Positions 50,249-59,858 of a DNA stretch of 64,000 nt are shown piece by piece. This DNA comes from a virus, in IMG/VR virus record IMGVR_UViG_3300044799_000154, positions 57,518-121,517 of that record; one strand, 5' to 3'. Made by a program: the position numbers and the translations under genes. The notes beneath the pieces were generated by a model, which saw only the letters and a program-made list of their open reading frames with translations, did no database searches and was not told where the DNA came from. Position 1 is the first letter of the stretch. The number at the start of each line of letters is the position of its first letter.

Positions 50249-52447
50249 TTAATCTTTTCCTTTCTTTATCATTTCTTGAGTCCATGTATGAAGGTTATTA
50301 TCTTTGATCCATTTGGTAGCAGTCTCTATTGGAGCATCACCTTTAAACTTAACTTGGGATACTCTTGCCCAATGGAAAGTACCTGGCTTTGGATATAGAC
50401 ATACAAGGATATCTTCCACATAATCTGGAATGCTAAGATCTGGGAAGTAAGTTTTATAATCAGACTCACATCTAGTGAATGTCCTCATGTCATAAAGATG
50501 AAGCCAATAGTAATCCCATCCTTTCTTCTGTCCTTGAATGAATGGATCATAATAGTCTCCTTTGACTGGGTCTCCACTTAAAGTCTGAGCTTCAGGTAAT
50601 TTAGATTTTATAAAGAACCAATCTCCTTCAGGGGATTTTTTCAGGACCCAGTATCCTTTTATTTTGTCTCCATAGAGTTTCATTGACATGAATCCACCAG
50701 TTTGCTCAATGATATCTATCTTACCATGATCTAAGACATCAACAAAAGTTTCCAAAGATCCTACCTTTCTAGGAAGCTTTTGTCCTTCGGTCATAAACCA
50801 ATCTTTGGGATTATTACATGTCTTTAGAAGTCCTGGTATCGGGTCTCCAGTATTAGCTTCAAGAGGATTCTTCCATAGGTTCCATTCTACTAGAACTTTG
50901 GGATTCTCAGTTATCTTCACTCTAATATCCCAATGTTGTTTATTATCCCAATAATGTCGATGAAGTACAAACTCTCCAGATGCTAGAGAACTTTGTTCTT
51001 TAGCTTTCCAAGAATACATGTTTGCTCCTTTCTCTTCTTGGATTAAATCATAGTTTCCTTTCATGATCTTACCATGAAGCTTCAAATGATAGATCTTTCT
51101 ATTCTGATCATCAGTTTCTAGTTCAACAGTAGCAGAACCAGAATCAAAGTTCCTCATTGTAGCAATCAATGTCTTCGTTGGATTATACATTTCTCCTGGA
51201 TGTATCTTACCTTCCCATGTCATCCATTTCTTATTCACTTTGCCTTCATACATTGCTCCTAGTTCATTAACTCTAGCTGGATCACCATCCAGATACCAGG
51301 AGTCTACTCCAGTAGTTTGAAGACGGAAAAAGAACTCTACATGAGGTACTGCTCTAACAACTACTTGTCCCATATAAGTATTAACTTGAAGATTGAATTT
51401 AGCACCAGCTAATGGATTTACAGGTTCTTTCATTTCAAAATCTTCACATGCTGGTTCTTCAATAGATAGATCTTTGATACAATGCATACAATGAATACAT
51501 TCTTCACATGTAAAATCATCTAAGATCTCACCTGTTTTTCTAGCAATCACAGCACAATAAGCGGATGCTCTCTTTTCATCCCAACCTTTCTTTTCCATGA
51601 TCTGTTTTACACAATCTTTGAAATTCTTATAACCAGCAAATGGAAGTCCTTCTAATTCTCTAAGACTTTCTTTAGTTAGACTCTTACCTTCCATGTATGC
51701 TTGCCATTTATCCCAGAGTTCTCCAGATCTCTGATCAGGTGGAATTGGAATAACACCTTTTGGAGGTTTCCAACCTTTCTTTATTCCTCGTTGTAAAGCA
51801 TAAGCTATTTGGTTGCCAGGAATCATGCATTTCCACATGTATTCTGTTTGACCCTTAATTGGTTTCTTAGTGACTGGATCTATCTTAGGGACTTGAACTC
51901 CTCTGAAGACAACACGAGCCCATTTACCTTTTGGAAGGAAGTTACCTACGTCAGTCTTCAGGAAGTATTCATGGAAATAAGATTTCTGAGTTCCTTCCCA
52001 GAACACGCCATGCTCAATAATGTCTACCACTCCAGTCTCTTCTTTAGTAGCTCCTACCTCTCCAGGCTTAACTACACCATTAACTTTCAACCATTCTTTT
52101 GGCTGTCTAGCTTTTGTTTCTGCTCTCAATCCTTTATTCTTCTTTGTGAAATCAAAAGCCCAATCCAATTTCTTTATCTGAGCTTCAGCTTCAGGCATAG
52201 TTGTTACCTCAGGAGTTCCAGAAGGATTATCTAAGATCGTCCATCCAACAAGGTGATTATTCATTTCCATTCTGAAATCTTTGTGAACAGAAGCTCCTCT
52301 CCAATGATGCTGCATGACAAATCTTCGTTTACATCCTGAAGGAGGATATTCCATGTATTGAGAGACACCTGTAACTTGTAATTCTTCCTGGAATATTCCT
52401 AGTTCTTCTAAGAACTTAGGATCAATCATTTCACGAGTTATTTTCAT
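50249..52447 (-). CDS. Protein with three LigD 3'-phosphoesterase (PE)-like domains and small head-protein-type domains
   Basis: FVMQHHWRGASVHKDFRME and FVLHRHYWDNKQHWDIRV match the PE motif FVxQxH...HxDxRxE; the middle copy is degenerate; LHGKIMKGNY and LYGDKIKGYW are PE C-terminal motifs. Confidence 0.75.
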   Translation of the reverse strand: MKITREMIDPKFLEELGIFQEELQVTGVSQYMEYPPSGCKRRFVMQHHWRGASVHKDFRMEMNNHLVGWTILDNPSGTPEVTTMPEAEAQIKKLDWAFDFTKKNKGLRAETKARQPKEWLKVNGVVKPGEVGATKEETGVVDIIEHGVFWEGTQKSYFHEYFLKTDVGNFLPKGKWARVVFRGVQVPKIDPVTKKPIKGQTEYMWKCMIPGNQIAYALQRGIKKGWKPPKGVIPIPPDQRSGELWDKWQAYMEGKSLTKESLRELEGLPFAGYKNFKDCVKQIMEKKGWDEKRASAYCAVIARKTGEILDDFTCEECIHCMHCIKDLSIEEPACEDFEMKEPVNPLAGAKFNLQVNTYMGQVVVRAVPHVEFFFRLQTTGVDSWYLDGDPARVNELGAMYEGKVNKKWMTWEGKIHPGEMYNPTKTLIATMRNFDSGSATVELETDDQNRKIYHLKLHGKIMKGNYDLIQEEKGANMYSWKAKEQSSLASGEFVLHRHYWDNKQHWDIRVKITENPKVLVEWNLWKNPLEANTGDPIPGLLKTCNNPKDWFMTEGQKLPRKVGSLETFVDVLDHGKIDIIEQTGGFMSMKLYGDKIKGYWVLKKSPEGDWFFIKSKLPEAQTLSGDPVKGDYYDPFIQGQKKGWDYYWLHLYDMRTFTRCESDYKTYFPDLSIPDYVEDILVCLYPKPGTFHWARVSQVKFKGDAPIETATKWIKDNNLHTWTQEMIKKGKD

Positions 52448-52449
52448 AA

Positions 52450-55398
52450 TTATTCACCTATCTTCTTACAGGGACATTCTTCATCCCTTTGTGTCTCTTC
52501 ATCAGTTTCTGGATCAACCAAGTAGTCGTAATAGTAAGGCTTGACATATCTACATTTCCAGTAATAAGCTAATGAACAAGCAACTGGGAATTTAAGATAC
52601 ATTCTCTTAGATAAATCATCCATGGTTCTAGCAAATCTAGGTTTCATAGGGCATACTTTTAGATCCTCATAAAATGGACATGTTGGAAGTTGGACTACTT
52701 CTTCAGCTAGAGTACTCAATGGAGCAGTTCCTGCTACTATTAATTTCTTAACTACATCCAACCCATCAGGTTCACTCTTGTTTGGATTTCTAGCTTTGAC
52801 AGTTGGAAACATCCATGTCCAATAAATTCTTCCTTTCTCTTCGAATTGAGCAACTCTAATTGGTCTAATTGCTAGGATATCTCCCTTTCCACATTTGACA
52901 GCAGAAGCATAACTTCTTCCAATAAGATAATAACATTTTCCTTTCCATTCTTTGAAGCCATCTTCTTTGATCTTATCTTTCATTCCACAAGGAACAGAGA
53001 TAACACAATCATACATATATTGCCCTGGAATAATCTGACCTGTTTTTGACTCTTTCTTAGGAATAACTTCCCAGACCATTACATCAATTTCTTTGACATT
53101 CTTTATCTTAGCCCAATCAGTAGTTCTACCAGTCAACTTGTAGATAGAATCTGCTTGCTTGAGCATTGCTCCTTCAGAACCTCTGATCCTTCTGACCTTA
53201 GCTAGAGTTCTATCAAACTCTCTCTTATCATGAACCTCATAACCTGGAACTGCTTTGAAATGATATGTTCCTGATGGAATTATTTTATCAACAGCAGTTA
53301 ATCTCTCAGTATATCCTTTCTGAGTCATATCTTGCCCATCATACATCATACAATCATGAACATGGAAAACAATATCTTCATCATCAAGCTTCATTTTTGT
53401 AGAAGTAATCCAAGGAATCATTTCTTCTCTTGGACGAGGTTGACAGAAAGCTTCTTTATCTTTAGTATCTTTACCTTGACAATTATACCAGACCATCTCA
53501 GTATCAATAATGAAATTATCAGCTTTGAAATGCTTAACCAATTCTTCTACTGATTTCTTAAAGACATCTGCTCGATCTCTCTGTCTATCTTCTGTAAAGA
53601 ACCAGATCTTGTCTCCCTTTCTATGGATTTGAATTCTCATACCATCAAATTTCTTCTGCATCACTATACCTTTCTCAATTCTAGATGCAGCCCAATTATT
53701 CCACAATGGAACTGGATCAAAGAATTCAAATTTGTCAAATCCTGTACCTGATTTCAAAGATCTAATAGGTTTTCCCAAAGCTATATCGGAAAGATATTCC
53801 CAAGGAGAATGTTTACCCCATTCATTTGGAGGCACTCTAACATAAGCTAATCTGTAGATAGGCATTGAATATCCTACCTGTGGACCATGAGGATCAAAGA
53901 CCCAGTGAATCCTATTTGCAACTTCAGGATCTCTTGCTCGAATTGCAGTAGTTAAAGCGGTCATCAATCTCTTATCTGGAAATGATTGTTTTACCAATAC
54001 ATCTATGTCATGACCTGGTTGAGAAAGATCTTTATTAACAGTGCTTCCACAAACATGAATATGAGCTGGAGGGTCCATAAGAATGATCTGCTCTGGAAAT
54101 GCACTTAGAATTCTAAGAACTGGAAGATCTTGGAAATTAGCAGGAATGTTTTCATCAACTTTATCTTTAGAAGCAAATCCTCTTGGTGTTGGATATTCTA
54201 CTACATCTAAAGCTGTAGCATCTGTCAATGGATCTTCAATGGTATGACGAATATTTCTATGCACCATTTCTGACCAAACAAAGATATGAGCATTGCTTAA
54301 AGGCTCAGTAATCTTACTCTGTTCTCGATAGATAGCATGAAGTCGTTTATCCAAAGATACAAGATCTTTGTCACTAAGTTTTCTAGAATAAATATCATCT
54401 ATTGCTTCAAGATCTTTGAACTCTATCTTTGAGACATCTATCAATAGTTCTTCCTCAATTGAAGAAAGAGTTTCAAAGAATTCTTCAAAAGTAGCTTCAC
54501 CTTCAACATTACTCAATGAACTCGATTCTTTCAAAGGAGTATAATTCCAGCCCATCTTCTTGAAAGCTTCAAGAATGTTGTTATCAAGTCCTTTTACTAT
54601 TTTTTTCTGCTCTTCTAGAGTATAATCTTTGAATTGTGGACTCATCATTCTTTTACCAGATTGGAGAAGATTCCACCAAGCATGAACTATTCTATGATCA
54701 TCCAAGACTACTTTCCTTCCACGAGGAGTCTTTATCAATTCCATTGCATCATAAGTCTTCCAATCTCTAATCAAGAATTCCTCTATTCTATCCAAGAAGT
54801 CTAAATAAGGATGTGTCATATTTCTATCTGAAAATTCTTTAGTTATTAGAGCATGAAGTTCTGTATCTCTGACTAAATGAGAATGAGCATGAAGTCTTAA
54901 AATTGCTCCCATTGGAAGTTCCTTCATTTTCTCAAATTTGATATTCTTAGCATCTATCCAATTCTGTGTTCCCTTTGGAAGAGTAACTACAGTGGGAGGT
55001 TTAAATCGTTCTACCATCTTGACAGGATAAAAATATAGTGGACCTTTACACCAGGCTTTGTAAACTTTGCACCATTTCTCTCTTGTCTTCTCTGAGATTC
55101 TGTGCTTGGGCTCTAATTGATGAAAATCTTTTATTGAGATTTCTATAGGTTCTCCTATACGCATAGTTCCATAACACAATCCATGTCCCAAGAGATAAAC
55201 AGGTTCATCTGGATTTACATCATATTTCTTTGACTTACAAAAAGCGGTCTTAAATCCTGTAGATATCCAGTGAGCATGAGGCTCTATCAAATACAAACCA
55301 GTCCTCGGAGCAGTCTCTACTTTCTTGATAAAAATCTTTGGAACAATTGGTTGAATATCAACAGTTGTAATAGCTGTATTATTTTCTTTCTCTGGCAT
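52450..55398 (-). CDS. ASCH + His-rich repeats + Pol-beta-like nucleotidyltransferase + ATP-dependent ligase fusion
   Basis: LYLIEPHAHWISTGFKT (ASCH); VCGS...HDIDVLV (NTase); ligase motifs KKFDGMR, IIDTE, FHVHD, EGAMLK, WAKIK. Confidence 0.85.
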   Translation of the reverse strand: MPEKENNTAITTVDIQPIVPKIFIKKVETAPRTGLYLIEPHAHWISTGFKTAFCKSKKYDVNPDEPVYLLGHGLCYGTMRIGEPIEISIKDFHQLEPKHRISEKTREKWCKVYKAWCKGPLYFYPVKMVERFKPPTVVTLPKGTQNWIDAKNIKFEKMKELPMGAILRLHAHSHLVRDTELHALITKEFSDRNMTHPYLDFLDRIEEFLIRDWKTYDAMELIKTPRGRKVVLDDHRIVHAWWNLLQSGKRMMSPQFKDYTLEEQKKIVKGLDNNILEAFKKMGWNYTPLKESSSLSNVEGEATFEEFFETLSSIEEELLIDVSKIEFKDLEAIDDIYSRKLSDKDLVSLDKRLHAIYREQSKITEPLSNAHIFVWSEMVHRNIRHTIEDPLTDATALDVVEYPTPRGFASKDKVDENIPANFQDLPVLRILSAFPEQIILMDPPAHIHVCGSTVNKDLSQPGHDIDVLVKQSFPDKRLMTALTTAIRARDPEVANRIHWVFDPHGPQVGYSMPIYRLAYVRVPPNEWGKHSPWEYLSDIALGKPIRSLKSGTGFDKFEFFDPVPLWNNWAASRIEKGIVMQKKFDGMRIQIHRKGDKIWFFTEDRQRDRADVFKKSVEELVKHFKADNFIIDTEMVWYNCQGKDTKDKEAFCQPRPREEMIPWITSTKMKLDDEDIVFHVHDCMMYDGQDMTQKGYTERLTAVDKIIPSGTYHFKAVPGYEVHDKREFDRTLAKVRRIRGSEGAMLKQADSIYKLTGRTTDWAKIKNVKEIDVMVWEVIPKKESKTGQIIPGQYMYDCVISVPCGMKDKIKEDGFKEWKGKCYYLIGRSYASAVKCGKGDILAIRPIRVAQFEEKGRIYWTWMFPTVKARNPNKSEPDGLDVVKKLIVAGTAPLSTLAEEVVQLPTCPFYEDLKVCPMKPRFARTMDDLSKRMYLKFPVACSLAYYWKCRYVKPYYYDYLVDPETDEETQRDEECPCKKIGE

Positions 55399-55409
55399 TA
55401 AAGTTCACT

Positions 55410-55796
55410 TCACGAAATATACTGTTTGCCACCGTTCTTGCTTGGTTGCTTATCAGCTTCTTTCTCTTTCTCTTTCTTTCTAGAAGCTATTTCTGCTTCC
55501 TTATGTTCTTTCAATTTCTTGGTCCATTTAACATCAAATTCTAGAAATTCAACAGACATCTTTCTAATTTCTTCAGCAATCTCAGTTAATTCTTTCTCAT
55601 CAAAAAGCTTCATGATAGATGGATGTTGTAACCAAGAACTCCATCCCATTGTTGATGCATTAACAGCAGTAATAGCTTCCTCAATCAAGGAAACTAAATC
55701 TAGACGATCTCCTAGCTTCTTATCTTTCAAATGCTTAATGATAACTTCTGATTTCTTAATATAATCATCTACTGGAGATTCTTCTGACATTATCAC
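55410..55796 (-). CDS. DUF2153-like archaeal protein
   Basis: DRLDLV...GWSSWLQHPSIMKLFDEKEL...FLEFD pattern; GGTG RBS. Confidence 0.65.
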   Translation of the reverse strand: MIMSEESPVDDYIKKSEVIIKHLKDKKLGDRLDLVSLIEEAITAVNASTMGWSSWLQHPSIMKLFDEKELTEIAEEIRKMSVEFLEFDVKWTKKLKEHKEAEIASRKKEKEKEADKQPSKNGGKQYIS

Positions 55797-55834
55797 ACCT
55801 ACTTATATTAGATCATATACTCCTTAAAAAAGAT

Positions 55835-56266
55835 TTAGGAAAGGAGGACCTTAAGATAATCATTGCTATCTCTTCCAAGATACTCTATAGCTTTTTCTAA
55901 GATTAGAATTGAATCTCCAGATAGACCTATCATGAAATTACATTTATTGCAAAGAAGACCTCTAATTTTCTTAGTTTCATGGTTATGGTCTATAGATGGT
56001 TCTTTAAAAGGTTTAAATTTCTCATTGCAAATAGCACATCTATTATCTTGAAGTTCAAGCATAGAATCATAATCTTCCTTAGTAATATTATAAGGCTTCA
56101 ATCTTTGAACATTCTTCCAATATTTTCTTTGATATTCATTTATTGCGTCTTTTCTTTCAGCTCTCTTTTTCATAATTTCTTCCTTGTGTTCCTTGAAGCG
56201 TATTTTAGCTTGAAGAAGCTTATGTTCTCTGTGGTCTTGATAATATTCTGATTCACTTCTAACCAT
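55835..56266 (-). CDS. Endonuclease VII-family (His-Me finger) protein
   Basis: QDNRCAIC, IDHNH, IRGLLCNKCN. Confidence 0.88.
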   Translation of the reverse strand: MVRSESEYYQDHREHKLLQAKIRFKEHKEEIMKKRAERKDAINEYQRKYWKNVQRLKPYNITKEDYDSMLELQDNRCAICNEKFKPFKEPSIDHNHETKKIRGLLCNKCNFMIGLSGDSILILEKAIEYLGRDSNDYLKVLLS

Positions 56267-56283
56267 TTAATTTCCTCCAAAAT

Positions 56284-58458
56284 TTATTGAAGAAGCACTC
56301 GAAGATAATCATCCAAAGTCTTCCCTGGTCTCACGACCACTTTAAAGTCTGTGGGCTCTATTGAAAATTGATAGTTTTTATCAGGAATCACTACTTCCTT
56401 GAAGTTCCAACTTTCAGCAGCTTTGATTTTCTCATATAATCCACCAACAGCAGTGATCTCTATCTCATTATCTGAAGATATATTTATCTCTCCAGTCACA
56501 GCAACATCTTGTCTAATTGGTTTCTTCTCTAACAGAGAACACAAAGCAAGAGTCATTGTAACACCAGCAGAGGGACCATCTACTGCATAAGACTGAGAAA
56601 AGTCTATGTGAGTACAATAATCTTTAGATACATCTGCACCATATTTCTTCAGGATTACAGATCTTACCTTAGATATTGACCCAGGCATGTATAAAGCATC
56701 TTTTGGAACACCAGTTACTTTGAAATATCCGCAGTCTTTCTTAGCTTTTATCATTTGTGCTTTTATTCTTAAGACTGATCCGACAGATTCTCCTGAGAGT
56801 GGATCGGAAGATACTGCCAAACCATAGATTACTCCTAATTTCTTTCCAGATGGTTTAATCTCCAAGAACTTGTTTTCTTCCTGGATATAGTTCTCCAAGA
56901 TTTGTTTCTGAATGGTCTTACAATGTTCCTCGATAGCTTCCCTTACACGCTTACCAGATACTTCTGTCTCTCCTGCATTCATAGCCAAGACAGATGCTGT
57001 TTTTAGGATTGATATCAAAGGTCTGAACTTAGCTGTTAAAGTGTCTCTTTTATCAGACTTTCTTCTAGCTTCTTCAATCACTTCAATGCAAGCATCTCTT
57101 GTGAAGGGCATTAGATTGAATCTATTAATTTCCTGAGCAATGAATTGGACATACTTTCTTCTGCTTTCATCCGTATTTGGAAAATCATTGTTCATTCTAA
57201 CTACTTTTCCATATCCATAGATACGATCCATCAAAGCAGGATGTATCTGACAAATAGAATCAAAGTTTCCTGCTCCTACAAGAAAAGTAACACATGGAAT
57301 TGGTTCAGTAGATACAGCCATTGCAGAAGTATCTCCACCATGAAGTTGAGATCTTAGAGCAATTGGTAGTTGACCATCTTCTAAAACTGATAACAAAGTT
57401 ATTGCCTCGGCTGGCATCAAGTTCTTCAATTCATCTATGTATAGAATTCCCAGATTAGCTCTATGAACATCTCCAGCAGATACTCTTTGATGTTCTGGAG
57501 TTCCAAGTCCACCTGTCTGATATGGATCCCAAGCTATTGATCCAAAGAGTTGTGAAGAACCATGTCCAGTTGCATCAATGAACTGAGCTATTTGTTGAGA
57601 GTTATCAATCAACATCTTAGGAGCATCAGTATTCTCTGAACCACCGATTCCTTTCATTCCACCCTGGGATCCCAAAAACTTAAATAGATAACTTATGAAG
57701 ATACTTGAGAATAACAAAGATCCTCCAGCCATTAACAAGAAAGCAGTATCTGGTAATGCAGCCATAAAGTACTGGAAGAAGTTTCCATCGTATAAAATTT
57801 GAAGAGGAACACCATATCCTGTCATTTGATTGGTAGCCCAAGGCATGGTAATAGTATACAAAGCACAGAAGAGTAATAGGAGTCCCAATCCAGCACACAA
57901 CCATTTAACTGAACTAATTCCCAAGCTTTTCTTCCAAGCTTGTCTCTCTACTTTCTGTCTCTCTTTTATAACAAAATCTTTTCCTTTTGGTGATGGATGT
58001 ATTGAGATTCTAGGTTCACTAGGAATTGTCTTATTTTTCCAAGATAGAACATCATACATCTTTACATTGTTTTCTCTATAAAGGTCAGTAAGTTTCTCAG
58101 CAAGAGCTCTACCTATCAGAGACTTTCCTGTTCCTGGATCACCTAGCAAGAATAAATAAGGACCAGGGGAAAGTTTCTTCTTAACTGTTGGCTTAACATT
58201 CTCTGGATTCTCCCAATCCTTCCACCAATGATCTTTATCTAAGTTCTTGAGTTTGTGTACCCATTCATCAAGACATAAGTAACATTCTTTCATTGCCTGG
58301 TCTTGACCTATGACCCAGTCTAGAAGTTTAGTAGAAAGAGGGAATCCTTCAGTAGAATGAAAATCTTTCCAATCCCATTCTACTTCTGGACAATTAGCCC
58401 ACTTTATCTTTGACTTTCCTTTGCCGAAGTATTTTTCTTTTCTTTCTTGTTCAGACAT
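56284..58458 (-). CDS. lonB: Archaeal LonB-type membrane-anchored ATP-dependent protease
   Basis: VIGQD, Walker A GDPGTGKS, two transmembrane segments inside the AAA+ domain, GGLGTPEHQRV, YIDE, catalytic DGPSAG and EKIKAA. Confidence 0.93.
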   Translation of the reverse strand: MSEQERKEKYFGKGKSKIKWANCPEVEWDWKDFHSTEGFPLSTKLLDWVIGQDQAMKECYLCLDEWVHKLKNLDKDHWWKDWENPENVKPTVKKKLSPGPYLFLLGDPGTGKSLIGRALAEKLTDLYRENNVKMYDVLSWKNKTIPSEPRISIHPSPKGKDFVIKERQKVERQAWKKSLGISSVKWLCAGLGLLLLFCALYTITMPWATNQMTGYGVPLQILYDGNFFQYFMAALPDTAFLLMAGGSLLFSSIFISYLFKFLGSQGGMKGIGGSENTDAPKMLIDNSQQIAQFIDATGHGSSQLFGSIAWDPYQTGGLGTPEHQRVSAGDVHRANLGILYIDELKNLMPAEAITLLSVLEDGQLPIALRSQLHGGDTSAMAVSTEPIPCVTFLVGAGNFDSICQIHPALMDRIYGYGKVVRMNNDFPNTDESRRKYVQFIAQEINRFNLMPFTRDACIEVIEEARRKSDKRDTLTAKFRPLISILKTASVLAMNAGETEVSGKRVREAIEEHCKTIQKQILENYIQEENKFLEIKPSGKKLGVIYGLAVSSDPLSGESVGSVLRIKAQMIKAKKDCGYFKVTGVPKDALYMPGSISKVRSVILKKYGADVSKDYCTHIDFSQSYAVDGPSAGVTMTLALCSLLEKKPIRQDVAVTGEINISSDNEIEITAVGGLYEKIKAAESWNFKEVVIPDKNYQFSIEPTDFKVVVRPGKTLDDYLRVLLQ

Positions 58459-59858
58459 TCTAATCCTTCCTCTTTACTTAATCCCTCTTTTGTTTTGGGA
58501 CAATTCTGACAATACTTGAATAGTTCACTCAAAGGTATGTTCTTTTCTTTTCTTATTGGACACTCAATATCTTCTTGATAAACACAATTGATGGCTTGTA
58601 CTTTGTCCTTACTCTCATCTTCTAAGAGTGGCAAACCAAGTTCTCCTCTCAATTTGTTTTCCAAAGACCTATCCACATGGAGAACTCCTTTCTCAGTTAG
58701 CATTGAGATTGATCTCATTCTAAGCATCTGAGTCTCAGGAGAAGATTCTCCAAACTCTACCTCTGGAATGCTTTGTAGTTTTTTCTGGATTCTCACTTCG
58801 GCTAGGAGTTGTTCATCCAGTTCAGCTTTAATTTCCTCTGTGTACATCTTAGCTGCTTTTTCAAAATCAATATTAGAAAATGTTGCACCACCTTTGCTCT
58901 CTGTGGATCCCGATGGTACTATGAATCCAACTGGATTATCCAATGCTCTAGCTATTTCTCCTGCTAAGAAAGCCCATAGATCAACTATAGGTGCCAAAGG
59001 AGTCTTGCTTTCTAATCTTCCTGGTTTTATCCAGACAGGAAGTATAAGTTCCTCAGCACTCTCTAAGTTCTTGAGAATTTTCTTTGCTTCAGCGATCAAA
59101 GGTGCATCAATAGGATGATTTAAATCACCAATGTTGAAGTATATAATTGGAAATCCATGTCTATACAGAGCTTCTCCATAAGCCTCTTCCAAGTTCATTC
59201 TAATCCAGGATGCCTTGAACGCAGGTTCTAATGGAGATATTCCTAGGCATTCAACTCCCAAAGTAAAGAAGTTCATTAGAACTACATCTTTCATTGGAAG
59301 ATCAATGCTATCACTATTTACTGTTTGTACCAATCCAACAGGGTTCAAATTGTCATCTAACAATATTTTTCCATCTCTATCTTTCTGCCAATCCACAGTC
59401 TTTGGATCTACAATGACAAGCTGAACTATGTTACCCTTTGAATCTCGGACCTTTTCAATAACAGAATATCCATAAATGATAATATCCAAAATAGCTTCCC
59501 AAAGTACTTTCTTCAAGTTCACAGTTCGAGCCCAAGCTTCCATAGCAGTACGATCTTGCTCAACTCCACCTGAGAAGTAAACTCTTGGAGAAGCTATAGC
59601 TCTCCTAAGACGGTTTACACCAGCGAAGATGAGTGGATCCATTCTATAAAGAAGCTCTGCTTTCTTTTGAACTTGAGTTTCTTTCTTTAATCTCTCAGTA
59701 TCTCCCTTACTCTTCCTAGTTCTAGTAATTGCCACTAGGTCTGACAATGACAATTCAACTTTTTCAGGTGGGATGTCACTTGGTCTGCTTCGTCTCAAAG
59801 CATCATAAAGTTTTCTTACTCTAGATCTTGAATCATCTTTTGGTGCTTCATTAGTCAT
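58404..59858 (-). CDS. Portal protein with a C-terminal Cys4 motif
   Basis: IIIYGYSVIE, VDPKTV, LGISPLEPA, LRGELGLP; first large gene of the head operon. Confidence 0.85.
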   Translation of the reverse strand: MTNEAPKDDSRSRVRKLYDALRRSRPSDIPPEKVELSLSDLVAITRTRKSKGDTERLKKETQVQKKAELLYRMDPLIFAGVNRLRRAIASPRVYFSGGVEQDRTAMEAWARTVNLKKVLWEAILDIIIYGYSVIEKVRDSKGNIVQLVIVDPKTVDWQKDRDGKILLDDNLNPVGLVQTVNSDSIDLPMKDVVLMNFFTLGVECLGISPLEPAFKASWIRMNLEEAYGEALYRHGFPIIYFNIGDLNHPIDAPLIAEAKKILKNLESAEELILPVWIKPGRLESKTPLAPIVDLWAFLAGEIARALDNPVGFIVPSGSTESKGGATFSNIDFEKAAKMYTEEIKAELDEQLLAEVRIQKKLQSIPEVEFGESSPETQMLRMRSISMLTEKGVLHVDRSLENKLRGELGLPLLEDESKDKVQAINCVYQEDIECPIRKEKNIPLSELFKYCQNCPKTKEGLSKEEGLECLNKKEKKNTSAKESQR

